Source: Myxococcota bacterium
Lineage (GTDB): Bacteria; Myxococcota_A; SURF-8
Direction of reading: 5' to 3'
Assembly (NCBI GenBank): GCA_963674735.2
Contig: CAXXQS010000001.1
Coordinates: 1,600,001-1,664,000, forward strand
Length of the DNA stretch: 64,000 bases
The notes beneath the pieces are model-generated. The model had not been told where the DNA came from. It was given only the letters and a program-made list of their open reading frames with translations, and searched no databases. Positions 31,265 to 40,529 of the stretch are shown piece by piece; the first letter of the stretch is position 1, and the number at the start of each line of letters is the position of its first letter. A program made the translations under genes and the position numbers.

Positions 31265-32233
31265 ATGCCCGATACGCCCGCCCCCACACAGCCGAACGTG
31301 CAAAACGGCATAACCGCTATATTTCGAAACATCACCAGCGTGATTCGCGGGAAAGACGACGTCGTGGAGCTTGCGCTGATCACGCTTCTAGCGCGTGGTC
31401 ACCTGCTTTTGGAAGACATCCCCGGCGTCGGTAAAACCATGTTGGGTCTGGCTTTGTCGCGCTCGATCAAATGCCCCTTCCGACGCATCCAGTTCACCAA
31501 CGACACCGTCCCGGCCGACATCTTGGGGATGATGGTCTATTCGCGAAAAGAAGAGAAATTCCGCTTCGTTGCCGGACCGATCTTCGCCGGTGTCGTGCTG
31601 GCCGATGAAATCAACCGCACCTCGCCCAAAACCCAATCGGCTCTTCTGGAAGCGATGACCGAACGCAAGGTGTCCATCGAGAACCGAGCCTACCGTCTGC
31701 CCGATCCATTCATGGTGATCGCCACCCAGAATCCCCTGGAATTTCACGGGACTTTCCCGCTACCGGAATCGCAACTCGACCGTTTCATGCTGCGCACCCG
31801 CCTCGGCTATCCCGACAACGAAGCGGAACGAGAAATTCTTTCCCAGGATATCGGTCCCGATAAAATCCGGGAATTACCGGCGGTTGTCGATTGCAAAGGT
31901 ATCGCCGAAGCGCGCAAGATGGTCGAAACGGTCAAGATCGAAAGTAGTGTTCTGGATTATCTGCTATCCTTGATCGATGCGACCCGCCGTGAACCGCGCC
32001 TCGCTCTGGCCGTCTCGCCGCGCGGATCGCTGGCACTCAAACGGGCCGCCCAGGCGCGCGCCTATCTCAAGGGTCGTGCCTACGTCCTTCCCGACGACAT
32101 CAAACGGCTGGCTCTGCCGGTCTGGGGGCATCGCGTTGTGGCCAAGACGAACGGAGCCACCGGCACGGTCGATCGTTTCGAGGTTGACGGCATCCTGCAA
32201 GATATCCTCGACCGCACCCCCGTCCCCGTATGA
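31265..32233 (+). CDS. MoxR family AAA+ ATPase
   Basis: HLLLEDIPGVGKT, RIQFT, LADEINRTSPKTQSALLEAM, ATQNP, LPESQLDRF, SPR; start after AGGAGG. Confidence 0.95.
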   Translation: MPDTPAPTQPNVQNGITAIFRNITSVIRGKDDVVELALITLLARGHLLLEDIPGVGKTMLGLALSRSIKCPFRRIQFTNDTVPADILGMMVYSRKEEKFRFVAGPIFAGVVLADEINRTSPKTQSALLEAMTERKVSIENRAYRLPDPFMVIATQNPLEFHGTFPLPESQLDRFMLRTRLGYPDNEAEREILSQDIGPDKIRELPAVVDCKGIAEARKMVETVKIESSVLDYLLSLIDATRREPRLALAVSPRGSLALKRAAQARAYLKGRAYVLPDDIKRLALPVWGHRVVAKTNGATGTVDRFEVDGILQDILDRTPVPV

Positions 32234-32240
32234 GGCAGCC

Positions 32241-33284
32241 ATGAGCGGCTTTCCCCATCGTTTGGCGGGCGCATGGCAAGAGCGTGGATTACGCGGTTTA
32301 CTGGCCTATCTCTTCACGCCTCCGCGCAAGCTGATCCCCACTAAGTCCGGCTGGATCTTCTTTCTGTTCATGCTCGTCATCATCTTGTTCGGCTATACAA
32401 CCAATAACAACCTGCTTTTTCTGCTTTTTTCCGCCATGCTGGCCGTCATGACCGCCAATGGCATTTTAAGCGAAGCCAGCCTGGGGGATGTGAGCATCGA
32501 ACGGCGTTTTCCCTCCGAAATATTCGCCAAACGTCCGTTCACCGTTGAAATGCGCTTTCGAAATCAGGCTCGTTACATGAGCGCCTTTGCTTTCAGTGTT
32601 CGCGATCCCGCGCTTTTCGATTCCGACAACAGCCCCTTTATGGTAAGTCTCGCTGCGGGCCGGGAAGAATTGCTGCGGGCCACCGCCCGAATCAAACGGC
32701 GCGGCCGCCACAAATTGCCTGTGTTTGCGTTGTCCACCCAGTACCCGTTCCTGCTGTTCACCAAAACACGCCTTCTAGCGGGCGGAGAGGAACTGATCGT
32801 TTACCCCGGTTTACGGCCGGTGGATTTGTCGCTGGACAAGCTTTTCGCCTATGACGAAGGCATGGGGCCCGAAAAAACCGGCGACGGCGATGCCTTCGCT
32901 TATATCCGCGAATATGTCGAAGGAGAACCCATCCGGCGAGTGGACTGGAAAAAGAGCGCTCGGCTCGACAGCCTGTATGTCAAGGAGTTCGACCAGCGCG
33001 AGACGCGCAGCGTCGCCGTGCGATTTTATCCGGACGGCGCAGATGACTTCGAACCCGGTTTGGAAACAACCGCTTCCGTTTTGATTTGGCTTTTCACTCA
33101 AGGCGTTCCGTTCAACCTGTCGGCGGGCCAACCGCTCGATCCCGGCTACGGAGCCTCTCTCGGACGCCTGCAGCGCGGATTACGCACCCTGGCCCTGTAT
33201 AAGGCCGCTCGGCCTACTCCCCACCCGAGTGGTTCCCAACGTGTCATCGAGGTAAACGGTCATGGCGACATCCACATCCACTAA
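32241..33284 (+). CDS. DUF58 domain membrane protein
   Basis: N-terminal TM with NNLL, YPF, IREYVEGEPIRRVDWKKSAR..LYVKEF. Confidence 0.9.
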   Translation: MSGFPHRLAGAWQERGLRGLLAYLFTPPRKLIPTKSGWIFFLFMLVIILFGYTTNNNLLFLLFSAMLAVMTANGILSEASLGDVSIERRFPSEIFAKRPFTVEMRFRNQARYMSAFAFSVRDPALFDSDNSPFMVSLAAGREELLRATARIKRRGRHKLPVFALSTQYPFLLFTKTRLLAGGEELIVYPGLRPVDLSLDKLFAYDEGMGPEKTGDGDAFAYIREYVEGEPIRRVDWKKSARLDSLYVKEFDQRETRSVAVRFYPDGADDFEPGLETTASVLIWLFTQGVPFNLSAGQPLDPGYGASLGRLQRGLRTLALYKAARPTPHPSGSQRVIEVNGHGDIHIH

Positions 33285-35409
33285 CGCCGCCCTTTTGCGA
33301 TCCCGCCTCGATCGCCACGTCCGCTATGCCCTGCTGATGGCCATGGCGCTGGGTTATGCGGTTTTGTTCGCCGCCGGTATTTACGAACCGGCCCTGCTGA
33401 TAGCGGTCGTTCCCGCTTTGGCTCTCGGCTACATCCTTTTTTATCGTCCTCAACCCCCGCTGTTTTCCCTGCCCGTATGGACGGCGCTCACGCTCGTCCT
33501 GGTTCTCGGAACATTCGTGGCGACTTTCCTCAAGGTGTTGTTTTTCCTCGATGCCCTCGATGTGGTTTTACTGGCCCTGCCCCTCATCAAGCTTTTCACC
33601 GCTAAAAGCGAACGGGACTATCTGCAACTATATGCTCTGGCCTTCGCGCAGATCATCTACGGAACCATCGTCAACGATACGATTTCCTTCGGCTTGGTTC
33701 TGGCCGCGTTTCTGATGATCGCCATGTGGGGGCTGATTCTGCTTTCATTCAAGACCGGAATCGGTCAACACAGCAATCGCCCCATGCTTGAACGCAAGGT
33801 AGAGACGGCCTTGTTCCGCCGCCGCTCTCTCGCCTTTTTATCCCTGCTGGTTCCGGCAGTCGTTCTCATCACGTTTCTTCTCTTTTTTGTGATTCCCCGC
33901 CCCGGTTCGGCGCTGGCCAACCTCTCATTCGGCATGAAAAAACGCGTATCGGGTTTTTCAGACAACGTTTCGCTCGGCGACGTGGGAGAAATCAAACTCG
34001 ATCACAGCACGGCCATGCGGGTGATTGTGGAAAATCCGATCAACGGGCGCCCCTTCTATTGGCGGGGAGCGACACTCGATACCTTCGATGGACTCAACTG
34101 GAGTGCGCGCCCCTACAAACCGATCTCGCTTTCCCGCAACCGCGGAACTGGACGCTTCCAGGTCGGGAGTTGGGCGCCTGGACGCTTGACCAAACAAACG
34201 TTCTTTCTGGAAGGAATCGAAGCACGCTACTTGATGCACGACGACTTTTTCGCCTGGGCGGACGTCAAAGCCCACAAGCTTTATCTGCACGCCAACGGAT
34301 CGGTCACCTTGCCTTTCCGCGACCGATTCATCCAGCAATACACCGTTTGGAGCTATCCGGAAAGCGCCCTGATTTTGCATGAAGATATCATCCGCTACAA
34401 TACCCAGGTGCCCGAGACTCTCGATCCGCGCATCCCCGAGCTTGCAAAAAGATGGGCGGGCGACACCACCGATCCCACCGAAATAGCCAAGCTTATCGAG
34501 CGACGTCTAAAAAACGATTTCACCTACAGCTTGAAGGCCGGGCTTCGCCCCGCCGCACGCCCCCTGCCCCGTTTTCTCTTTGAAACCCGCTCGGGACACT
34601 GCGAGTATTTCGCCACCGCCATGGTGATTATGTTGCGCACCCTCGACATCCCGGCCCGACTCGTGACCGGATTTCAGGAGGGTGAATACAACACATTGGA
34701 GGGCTATTTCCTGGTGCGTCAAGCCGATGCGCACGCCTGGGTCGAAGCCTACATCGGCGAGCAATGGCTGCGTTTCGACCCCACGCCCGCCGCCGGTTGG
34801 GAAACCTACGCACAAGACCTCCTGAGCGATTTCATGCAAGTGGTCGACTTGATGCGCTTCCGCTGGCAGCGTTACATCGTCAGCTACACCGTTCGCGATC
34901 AAATCGCCGTATTGACGGAACTCGACCGCAACGTCCAGGGCGGCTCGCCGATTTTCATCAAACGCTGGATCAAAGCGCACCTCGGCGAAATCAGTTTCGG
35001 TGTCCTGGTCGTGCTGCTACCCTTCGCCTGGACCTACCGACGCGGTTTAATCGGCTGGTTATGGCGTCCGGGGCGGGCGCAGCAAGCCGCTTCCGCAAAA
35101 CTGTCGCGTCGCTTCGCCAGACTGGCCAAAGCCTCCCGCCGCTACGGGGTTCGATATGAAGCGCATCTCACCATTGAAGAATGGGCGGCGCGTCTCAAAG
35201 CCGCCTATCCGCAATCCGCACCCGCAATTGGGCGTTGGGTCGATTTGTACGAACCCCTGCGCTACGCAACGACACCGGCCACCCCGGATGCGTTCATCCC
35301 GTTGGACCAAGCCGAGCAGACGTTGCTGGCCGCGTTGAAACGGGAAAGAAAAACGAAACGCGGATCTTCCCCGAAAGACCGCACAAGCCCGAAGACTTCC
35401 CTTGATTAA
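33262..35409 (+). CDS. Transglutaminase TgpA family protein (DUF3488 + TGase)
   Basis: Multi-TM N-terminus, SGFSD.V.LG, YWRG, GHCEYFA, ARLVTGF..GE, AHAWVE, DPTP. Confidence 0.92.
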   Translation: MATSTSTNAALLRSRLDRHVRYALLMAMALGYAVLFAAGIYEPALLIAVVPALALGYILFYRPQPPLFSLPVWTALTLVLVLGTFVATFLKVLFFLDALDVVLLALPLIKLFTAKSERDYLQLYALAFAQIIYGTIVNDTISFGLVLAAFLMIAMWGLILLSFKTGIGQHSNRPMLERKVETALFRRRSLAFLSLLVPAVVLITFLLFFVIPRPGSALANLSFGMKKRVSGFSDNVSLGDVGEIKLDHSTAMRVIVENPINGRPFYWRGATLDTFDGLNWSARPYKPISLSRNRGTGRFQVGSWAPGRLTKQTFFLEGIEARYLMHDDFFAWADVKAHKLYLHANGSVTLPFRDRFIQQYTVWSYPESALILHEDIIRYNTQVPETLDPRIPELAKRWAGDTTDPTEIAKLIERRLKNDFTYSLKAGLRPAARPLPRFLFETRSGHCEYFATAMVIMLRTLDIPARLVTGFQEGEYNTLEGYFLVRQADAHAWVEAYIGEQWLRFDPTPAAGWETYAQDLLSDFMQVVDLMRFRWQRYIVSYTVRDQIAVLTELDRNVQGGSPIFIKRWIKAHLGEISFGVLVVLLPFAWTYRRGLIGWLWRPGRAQQAASAKLSRRFARLAKASRRYGVRYEAHLTIEEWAARLKAAYPQSAPAIGRWVDLYEPLRYATTPATPDAFIPLDQAEQTLLAALKRERKTKRGSSPKDRTSPKTSLD

Positions 35410-35436
35410 CCGGCGTAGTTATGGTGTTATGCCTAA

Positions 35437-36609
35437 ATGATAACGCGATGTAACCCGATTCGTATTTCCCTCCATCGGCAGACCGAGCATCTGCTCCTGC
35501 TTGCCGTCGTTCTGTTCATTTCCTGGAGTGCGTTCATTTCCGTCGCATCGGCGGACGAACCATTCGCTCTTGAATTCGATCAAGCTTTTGGGAGACGAAT
35601 TCCGGGGCATTTCGACGGTCCCATCCACCAGGCGAGTTTCAAGCAGCCGCAAGGTATAGACCTGTTCACCGATGGAACGATCCTGGTGGCCGATACCCTC
35701 AATCACTGCATCCGCCTGATCAACGACAGCCATACCGAAGTCTCGACGGCGGCAGGGGAATGCACGCAGGCCGGTAACAGCCTGTCCACCCCCCTCGAAA
35801 CCCGCTTTTTCTATCCGACCGACGTCGCGGCCGCCTGGGATCTGTACCGCTATTTCGTCCTCGACAGCGGCAACAACCGCATATTGGAAATCGACGGCGA
35901 ATCGGTCCGGGAAGTGCGGCTTACAAGCGGAGAGACGGAGGAAAACGAGGAAACCGGGGAAATAGAGGAATTCGTTTTCTCTTTACAGGAACCGATCGGC
36001 ATCGAAGTCGACCGCCAGGGCTACCTTTACATTGCCGACAGCGGCCACCACCGGATTTTACGACGCCATCCAAACAGCGGCGTAACGGAAGTCGTCGCCG
36101 GAACCGGGGTTGCGGGTTACGATTACGATCAGCGCACCGCGAATCTGGCTCGTTTGAATCGCCCCATCGACATCGCCACGTATCCGTCCACCTCCACGAC
36201 CTCTGCCCTGTACGTCGCCGACAGTCTGAACGGCTTGATTCGGCGGCTGCGTCCGGGGGATCAGGTGCCGTGGATCATCTCCAACTACGCCGGATCGGAC
36301 AACCAGCAGGTCTGGCGGGAAACCGATGGAGCCGCGGCGCTTCTCCATATGCACCGCCCTTACCGGCTGGCGCAAAATGCCGCCTCCTACCTGTTCATCA
36401 GCCTTCCGATTCAGCGGCGCGTCGTTGGCGTCACGCCGATGCAAAAGGCCGTGATCCTGCTTGACGAAACATCCGGGGTAGGTTCCGAGGACGACGCGGA
36501 AGAGCTGAGATCACCCACTGCGCTGGCTTGTGATTATGAAGGCTACCTGTGGCTGTTCGACTCAAGTCGCCTCAAACGCTATCGCATCACGACCGGCGAA
36601 GCTCCGTAA
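35437..36609 (+). CDS. Secreted NHL-repeat beta-propeller protein
   Basis: Signal peptide; repeats P.GI....G.LYIADS.HHRI. Confidence 0.82.
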   Translation: MITRCNPIRISLHRQTEHLLLLAVVLFISWSAFISVASADEPFALEFDQAFGRRIPGHFDGPIHQASFKQPQGIDLFTDGTILVADTLNHCIRLINDSHTEVSTAAGECTQAGNSLSTPLETRFFYPTDVAAAWDLYRYFVLDSGNNRILEIDGESVREVRLTSGETEENEETGEIEEFVFSLQEPIGIEVDRQGYLYIADSGHHRILRRHPNSGVTEVVAGTGVAGYDYDQRTANLARLNRPIDIATYPSTSTTSALYVADSLNGLIRRLRPGDQVPWIISNYAGSDNQQVWRETDGAAALLHMHRPYRLAQNAASYLFISLPIQRRVVGVTPMQKAVILLDETSGVGSEDDAEELRSPTALACDYEGYLWLFDSSRLKRYRITTGEAP

Positions 36610-36626
36610 CTGCCCGCCACACCCGC

Positions 36627-38288
36627 TCAGTAGTCGAAAGTCGAACCTCCGATAAATTCACGAAGAATAGAGGTCGGCGGCACCTCGTGCGGAAAAATCG
36701 GGATAAACAGGTTGAGGAACTGGAATAGCCGGTAGGCATCCACATAGGCGCGGTCGTTGAACGACACTTCACGCAGAAAACGCGACAGGTAGGGCTTCAA
36801 CACGGCCGGTTCATAGATCAAGGCCGTGTCGACCATCGTATCGGCCTCCTCCTGAAAGGGGAAAATGTATTCGTTTTCACCGTTTCGGACATGCGGCCAC
36901 TGAGTGATGGTCTGGGCGGCTGAATAGCCTCGAAACAGTCGATCGCGCACGATGCGACGCATCAAGCGGATGTCGGAGGTGAAAATGCGGTTTTGTTCAT
37001 CGATGGCCAGTTGCGTGAGAGCCGAGACATAGATTCGGTATTTGTTCTCCAGCGGAACCGCGCGGGACATCTTCGGGTTGAGGCCGTGAATACCTTCCAC
37101 GATCAAGATTTCGTTGCGATGCAAACGAAGGGGGATGTGCTTGGTCGCCTCGCGTTCGCCACTGTGGAAGTTGTAAATAGGCGATTGCACTTCCTCGCCT
37201 TTTAAAAGCGCTCCCAGATGTTCGTTGAACAGCGCCACATCCAACGCTTCGAGGCATTCGTAATTGTAGGTGCCGTCCGGATTCTTAGGCGTGTTGACCC
37301 GGTTTACATAGTAATTATCGAGCGAGATCATGCGCGGGCGGATGCCGTTGACGCGCAGCTGCACGGCCAGCCGCTTGGTGAACGTGGTTTTGCCCGACGA
37401 TGAAGGCCCAGCGATCAGGATCAGCCGCAGGCGGTCGCTGTCCGCCGTGATCGTATCCGACAGCCGGGAAATCCGCTTTTCCTGCAACCCTTCCGAAACC
37501 TTGATGATATCCGACACCGAGCCGTCGGTACAGCTTTGGTTCAACTGGCCGACGTTCCAGGCTCCCATCATTTCGTTCCAACGCCGGGTTTCAAGATAGG
37601 TATTGAAAAGCTTCTCCTGAGCCGGAAGCTTTTTGTGTAAAATGCCTTTCCGATTCGGAAAACTGAGTACGAAGCCGGGAATTTTAGGCAACAACTTAAA
37701 TTTCGTACACGAACCGGTTCGGGGAGCAACCGGGCCGTAGCTGATATCGCGAAACGATCCCATCACGTTCCAGGGAACTTCCGCCACATTGCGCTGATTG
37801 ATCAACACACTTTTTTCCGGGTAGCCGCTGCCGATGAAATATTCCTTGGCCTCCTCGGCGGTCACCAAGGTCGGGCGCAGCGGTCGGTCGGACGCCACGA
37901 TTTCCTGCATCCGTTCTTCGACGGTTTGAAGAATTTCTTCCGTCAATTCCCCATTCTTGGTGCGGACACGGTAATAATAGCCGCCCCCGAGCGCCTGCCC
38001 GATCTCCAAACGCATTTGCGGATAGAGTTCGGCGAAGGCTTCGCACAAGATCAACGAAAGCGTCCGCCGGTAGATATTGGCGCCTTCTTTGCTTGAATAG
38101 TTGACGGTTTCCACCACGCAGTCCGAACGCAACAGCTGGTATAGGCCGTGCAGACGATTGTTGACGATCGCGCCCAACGCGCCGTCCACGCCCGGCACTT
38201 CGTTTTCCGCAATGACTCGCGAAATGGAGGTATCGCGCCGAGTTATGATTTCAATCCCATTGATCAATACCGTGATTTTGCGGCCCAT
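36627..38288 (-). CDS. Nucleoside (uridine) kinase family protein with N-terminal TGS/ThrRS-like domains
   Basis: IAGPSSSGKTT, SLDNYY, IVEGIHGLN, RLMRRIVRD.LFRG, SILREFIGGS. Confidence 0.85.
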   Translation of the reverse strand: MGRKITVLINGIEIITRRDTSISRVIAENEVPGVDGALGAIVNNRLHGLYQLLRSDCVVETVNYSSKEGANIYRRTLSLILCEAFAELYPQMRLEIGQALGGGYYYRVRTKNGELTEEILQTVEERMQEIVASDRPLRPTLVTAEEAKEYFIGSGYPEKSVLINQRNVAEVPWNVMGSFRDISYGPVAPRTGSCTKFKLLPKIPGFVLSFPNRKGILHKKLPAQEKLFNTYLETRRWNEMMGAWNVGQLNQSCTDGSVSDIIKVSEGLQEKRISRLSDTITADSDRLRLILIAGPSSSGKTTFTKRLAVQLRVNGIRPRMISLDNYYVNRVNTPKNPDGTYNYECLEALDVALFNEHLGALLKGEEVQSPIYNFHSGEREATKHIPLRLHRNEILIVEGIHGLNPKMSRAVPLENKYRIYVSALTQLAIDEQNRIFTSDIRLMRRIVRDRLFRGYSAAQTITQWPHVRNGENEYIFPFQEEADTMVDTALIYEPAVLKPYLSRFLREVSFNDRAYVDAYRLFQFLNLFIPIFPHEVPPTSILREFIGGSTFDY

Positions 38289-38345
38289 GGAATCTCCTGC
38301 AAGGTGTCGGATGGGCGTCTCGGGTGGGTTTGTGCCAAGATCGGA

Positions 38346-39989
38346 TTACATACCGGTATGGCTTGCGGAAAGCCATTTCGGAGCCGCGATGGGCAACGTG
38401 AAATAGAAACGAGAGCCCATGTTCAGCTTACTCTCCACCCAAACTTTCCCGCCGTGAAGTTCGATGAATTTCTTGACAATCGCCAGGCCGAGCCCCGCCC
38501 CCTCATACCGTTTGGTGAGAGAGCCGTCGGCCTGCTGGAATTCTCCGAAGATCCGTTGCTGATCTTCGATCGAGATGCCGATTCCGGAATCGTACACGCA
38601 GAACTTGGCGTAATCCCCGTCGCGAGTGACCCGCACCCCGATTTCGCCCTTGTCCTGCGTGAATTTCAACGCATTGGCAATCAGGTTGAAAACCACCTGT
38701 TTAACCTTGCGTTCGTCCGCCATCAAGGTACTGATGCTGTCGTCGATATCGATGTTCATACTGATGCTGTGTTTCGTGGCTTTCTCTTTCATCAGGTTCA
38801 TCGACAACATGATCAGGTCGTAGACGGCGAATTCGGAAACTTCCAATTCCATCTTCCCCGCCTCGATTTTCGAGAGATCGAGGATGTCGTTGATCAACGA
38901 TAAAAGATGCTTGCCCGAATCGAGAATATCATTAACGTATTCGTTCTGCTTTTCATTGAGCGGGCCGAACAGCTCATCCAGCAAAACTTCCGAGAAACCG
39001 ATGACGGCGTTTAGCGGAGTGCGGAGTTCGTGGCTCATGTTGGCCAGAAATTCCGATTTGTGCCGATTCGCATCCACCGCACGGCGCGTCTGGTACTCCA
39101 GTTCTTCTTTTATCTCGGTAAGCTCCAGGTTTTTGCGCGCCATCTCCTGGGCCAGGTTCTTCAGCTCGGTGATATCCTGCAAATAAACATAGGCATCGCC
39201 CGCACCCTTGTACGAACTCACCGATCCCAGCATGATGCGACTGCCGATCCTGAATTCGCGGTTTTTGGATACGATATCCTCGCCCACGGTTCGGCAGATA
39301 TGAGAAAAGCTTTTTCCGTTATCTTGAAAGAGATCTTTGACGTTGCGGATTTTCCCAAGACGATTCACTTTGATGAAATCGTGCATGGCCTGGTTGATAT
39401 AGGTGATGTCGCCATGCTTGTTGCAACAGAAAATCGGGTTCGGGTTTTCGCGGGGAAAGCGGGTCAGACGACGGAGGTCTTTTTCGTTTTTCTTCAAGCG
39501 CTCCACTTCTTGAAGCCGCCGGATGATCGGGCCCAGCCAACGTCCGAGCTCACTGGCCAATTCGATGAGGTCTTCTTCGATATCCAGTCGCGTGAGCGCG
39601 ACCATCAGCAGAATGCCGAAAACCCCTTTCGAATCGCTCAAAGGCGTGGTCAGGTGCGTCAACTCGCGCCGATGCCCCTTCAACTGCATCGTTCGATACG
39701 TCAAACGGCTTTTACCTGAGTGCAATGTCTTTAGAAAATCGTGATCCGGATCGGTCAGATCGACGAGATCGGGCACGACAAACCGCTGCTCCCCCACTAC
39801 ATCGAGTACTTCGAGTTCACCAAAGCCCATCCCGGAAACATGAATGGACCCATGTTCGAACGGAAACGCTTCCATCATGATTTCGAGCAGTTGGCGGTAA
39901 GTGGATTCGTTCAACTGGGCATGACCGGCCGCTTCGGCGAGCGCGACTTTCAATTCAAGCAAGTGGCGGCTGGATCGGATCTCGCTCAT
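38346..39989 (-). CDS. Cytoplasmic sensor histidine kinase (GAF-like, PAS, HisKA, HATPase)
   Basis: FLANMSHELRTPLNA, NLIANALKFT, DSGIGI, GAGLGL; no TM segments. Confidence 0.93.
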   Translation of the reverse strand: MSEIRSSRHLLELKVALAEAAGHAQLNESTYRQLLEIMMEAFPFEHGSIHVSGMGFGELEVLDVVGEQRFVVPDLVDLTDPDHDFLKTLHSGKSRLTYRTMQLKGHRRELTHLTTPLSDSKGVFGILLMVALTRLDIEEDLIELASELGRWLGPIIRRLQEVERLKKNEKDLRRLTRFPRENPNPIFCCNKHGDITYINQAMHDFIKVNRLGKIRNVKDLFQDNGKSFSHICRTVGEDIVSKNREFRIGSRIMLGSVSSYKGAGDAYVYLQDITELKNLAQEMARKNLELTEIKEELEYQTRRAVDANRHKSEFLANMSHELRTPLNAVIGFSEVLLDELFGPLNEKQNEYVNDILDSGKHLLSLINDILDLSKIEAGKMELEVSEFAVYDLIMLSMNLMKEKATKHSISMNIDIDDSISTLMADERKVKQVVFNLIANALKFTQDKGEIGVRVTRDGDYAKFCVYDSGIGISIEDQQRIFGEFQQADGSLTKRYEGAGLGLAIVKKFIELHGGKVWVESKLNMGSRFYFTLPIAAPKWLSASHTGM

Positions 39990-40020
39990 GGCGTCCTTTT
40001 TAACGGGCCTTCCGGCCGGG

Positions 40021-40410
40021 TCAGGCCTTCAATTGGGTGTTCAGAAAAACCTGCTCAACCTGGTCGACAAACTGCCGGGTGTCGATCGGCTTGGCGATAT
40101 AACCGTTGAACCCGGCTTTCATGAAGCGTTCCTCATCCCCTTTCATGGCGAAAGCCGTCAGGGCGATGATGGGAATATTCATCGTTTCGCTTTTTTCACG
40201 CATCAGTTGCATCGCATCCATGCCGCTTAGGACCGGCAATTGAATGTCCATAATCACGAGGTCCGGTCGATGCAGGCGGGCCATGTTGACCCCTTCGTCG
40301 CCATCGGTGGCTTCGAGAATCGTGTGTCCCCTGAATTCAAGCAAATCTCGACACAGTTTGAGGTTCTTGGAATTGTCCTCAACGATAAGAATTGTTTTCG
40401 GACCGATCAC
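40021..40410 (-). CDS. Single-domain response regulator (DivK-like)
   Basis: ILIVEDN, MDIQLP, IIALTAFAMKGD, YIAKP. Confidence 0.92.
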   Translation of the reverse strand: MIGPKTILIVEDNSKNLKLCRDLLEFRGHTILEATDGDEGVNMARLHRPDLVIMDIQLPVLSGMDAMQLMREKSETMNIPIIALTAFAMKGDEERFMKAGFNGYIAKPIDTRQFVDQVEQVFLNTQLKA

Positions 40411-40529
40411 TCACTATCCTCCTTAACGACCGCACTTTTCAAAGTGGAGCGTTATTTTATCAGAGCCCCCTCTTAAACTCAATGGAATTCACCGGTTTAT
40501 CGGATTTAAAAGCCGGGGTAGCCCCTCAT

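Noticed and set aside
31265-35409. MoxR-DUF58-transglutaminase cluster as a new system
   Set aside because: Widely known conserved triad
36627-38288. ThrRS-like plus uridine kinase fusion as novel
   Set aside because: Recognised family in many anaerobic bacteria
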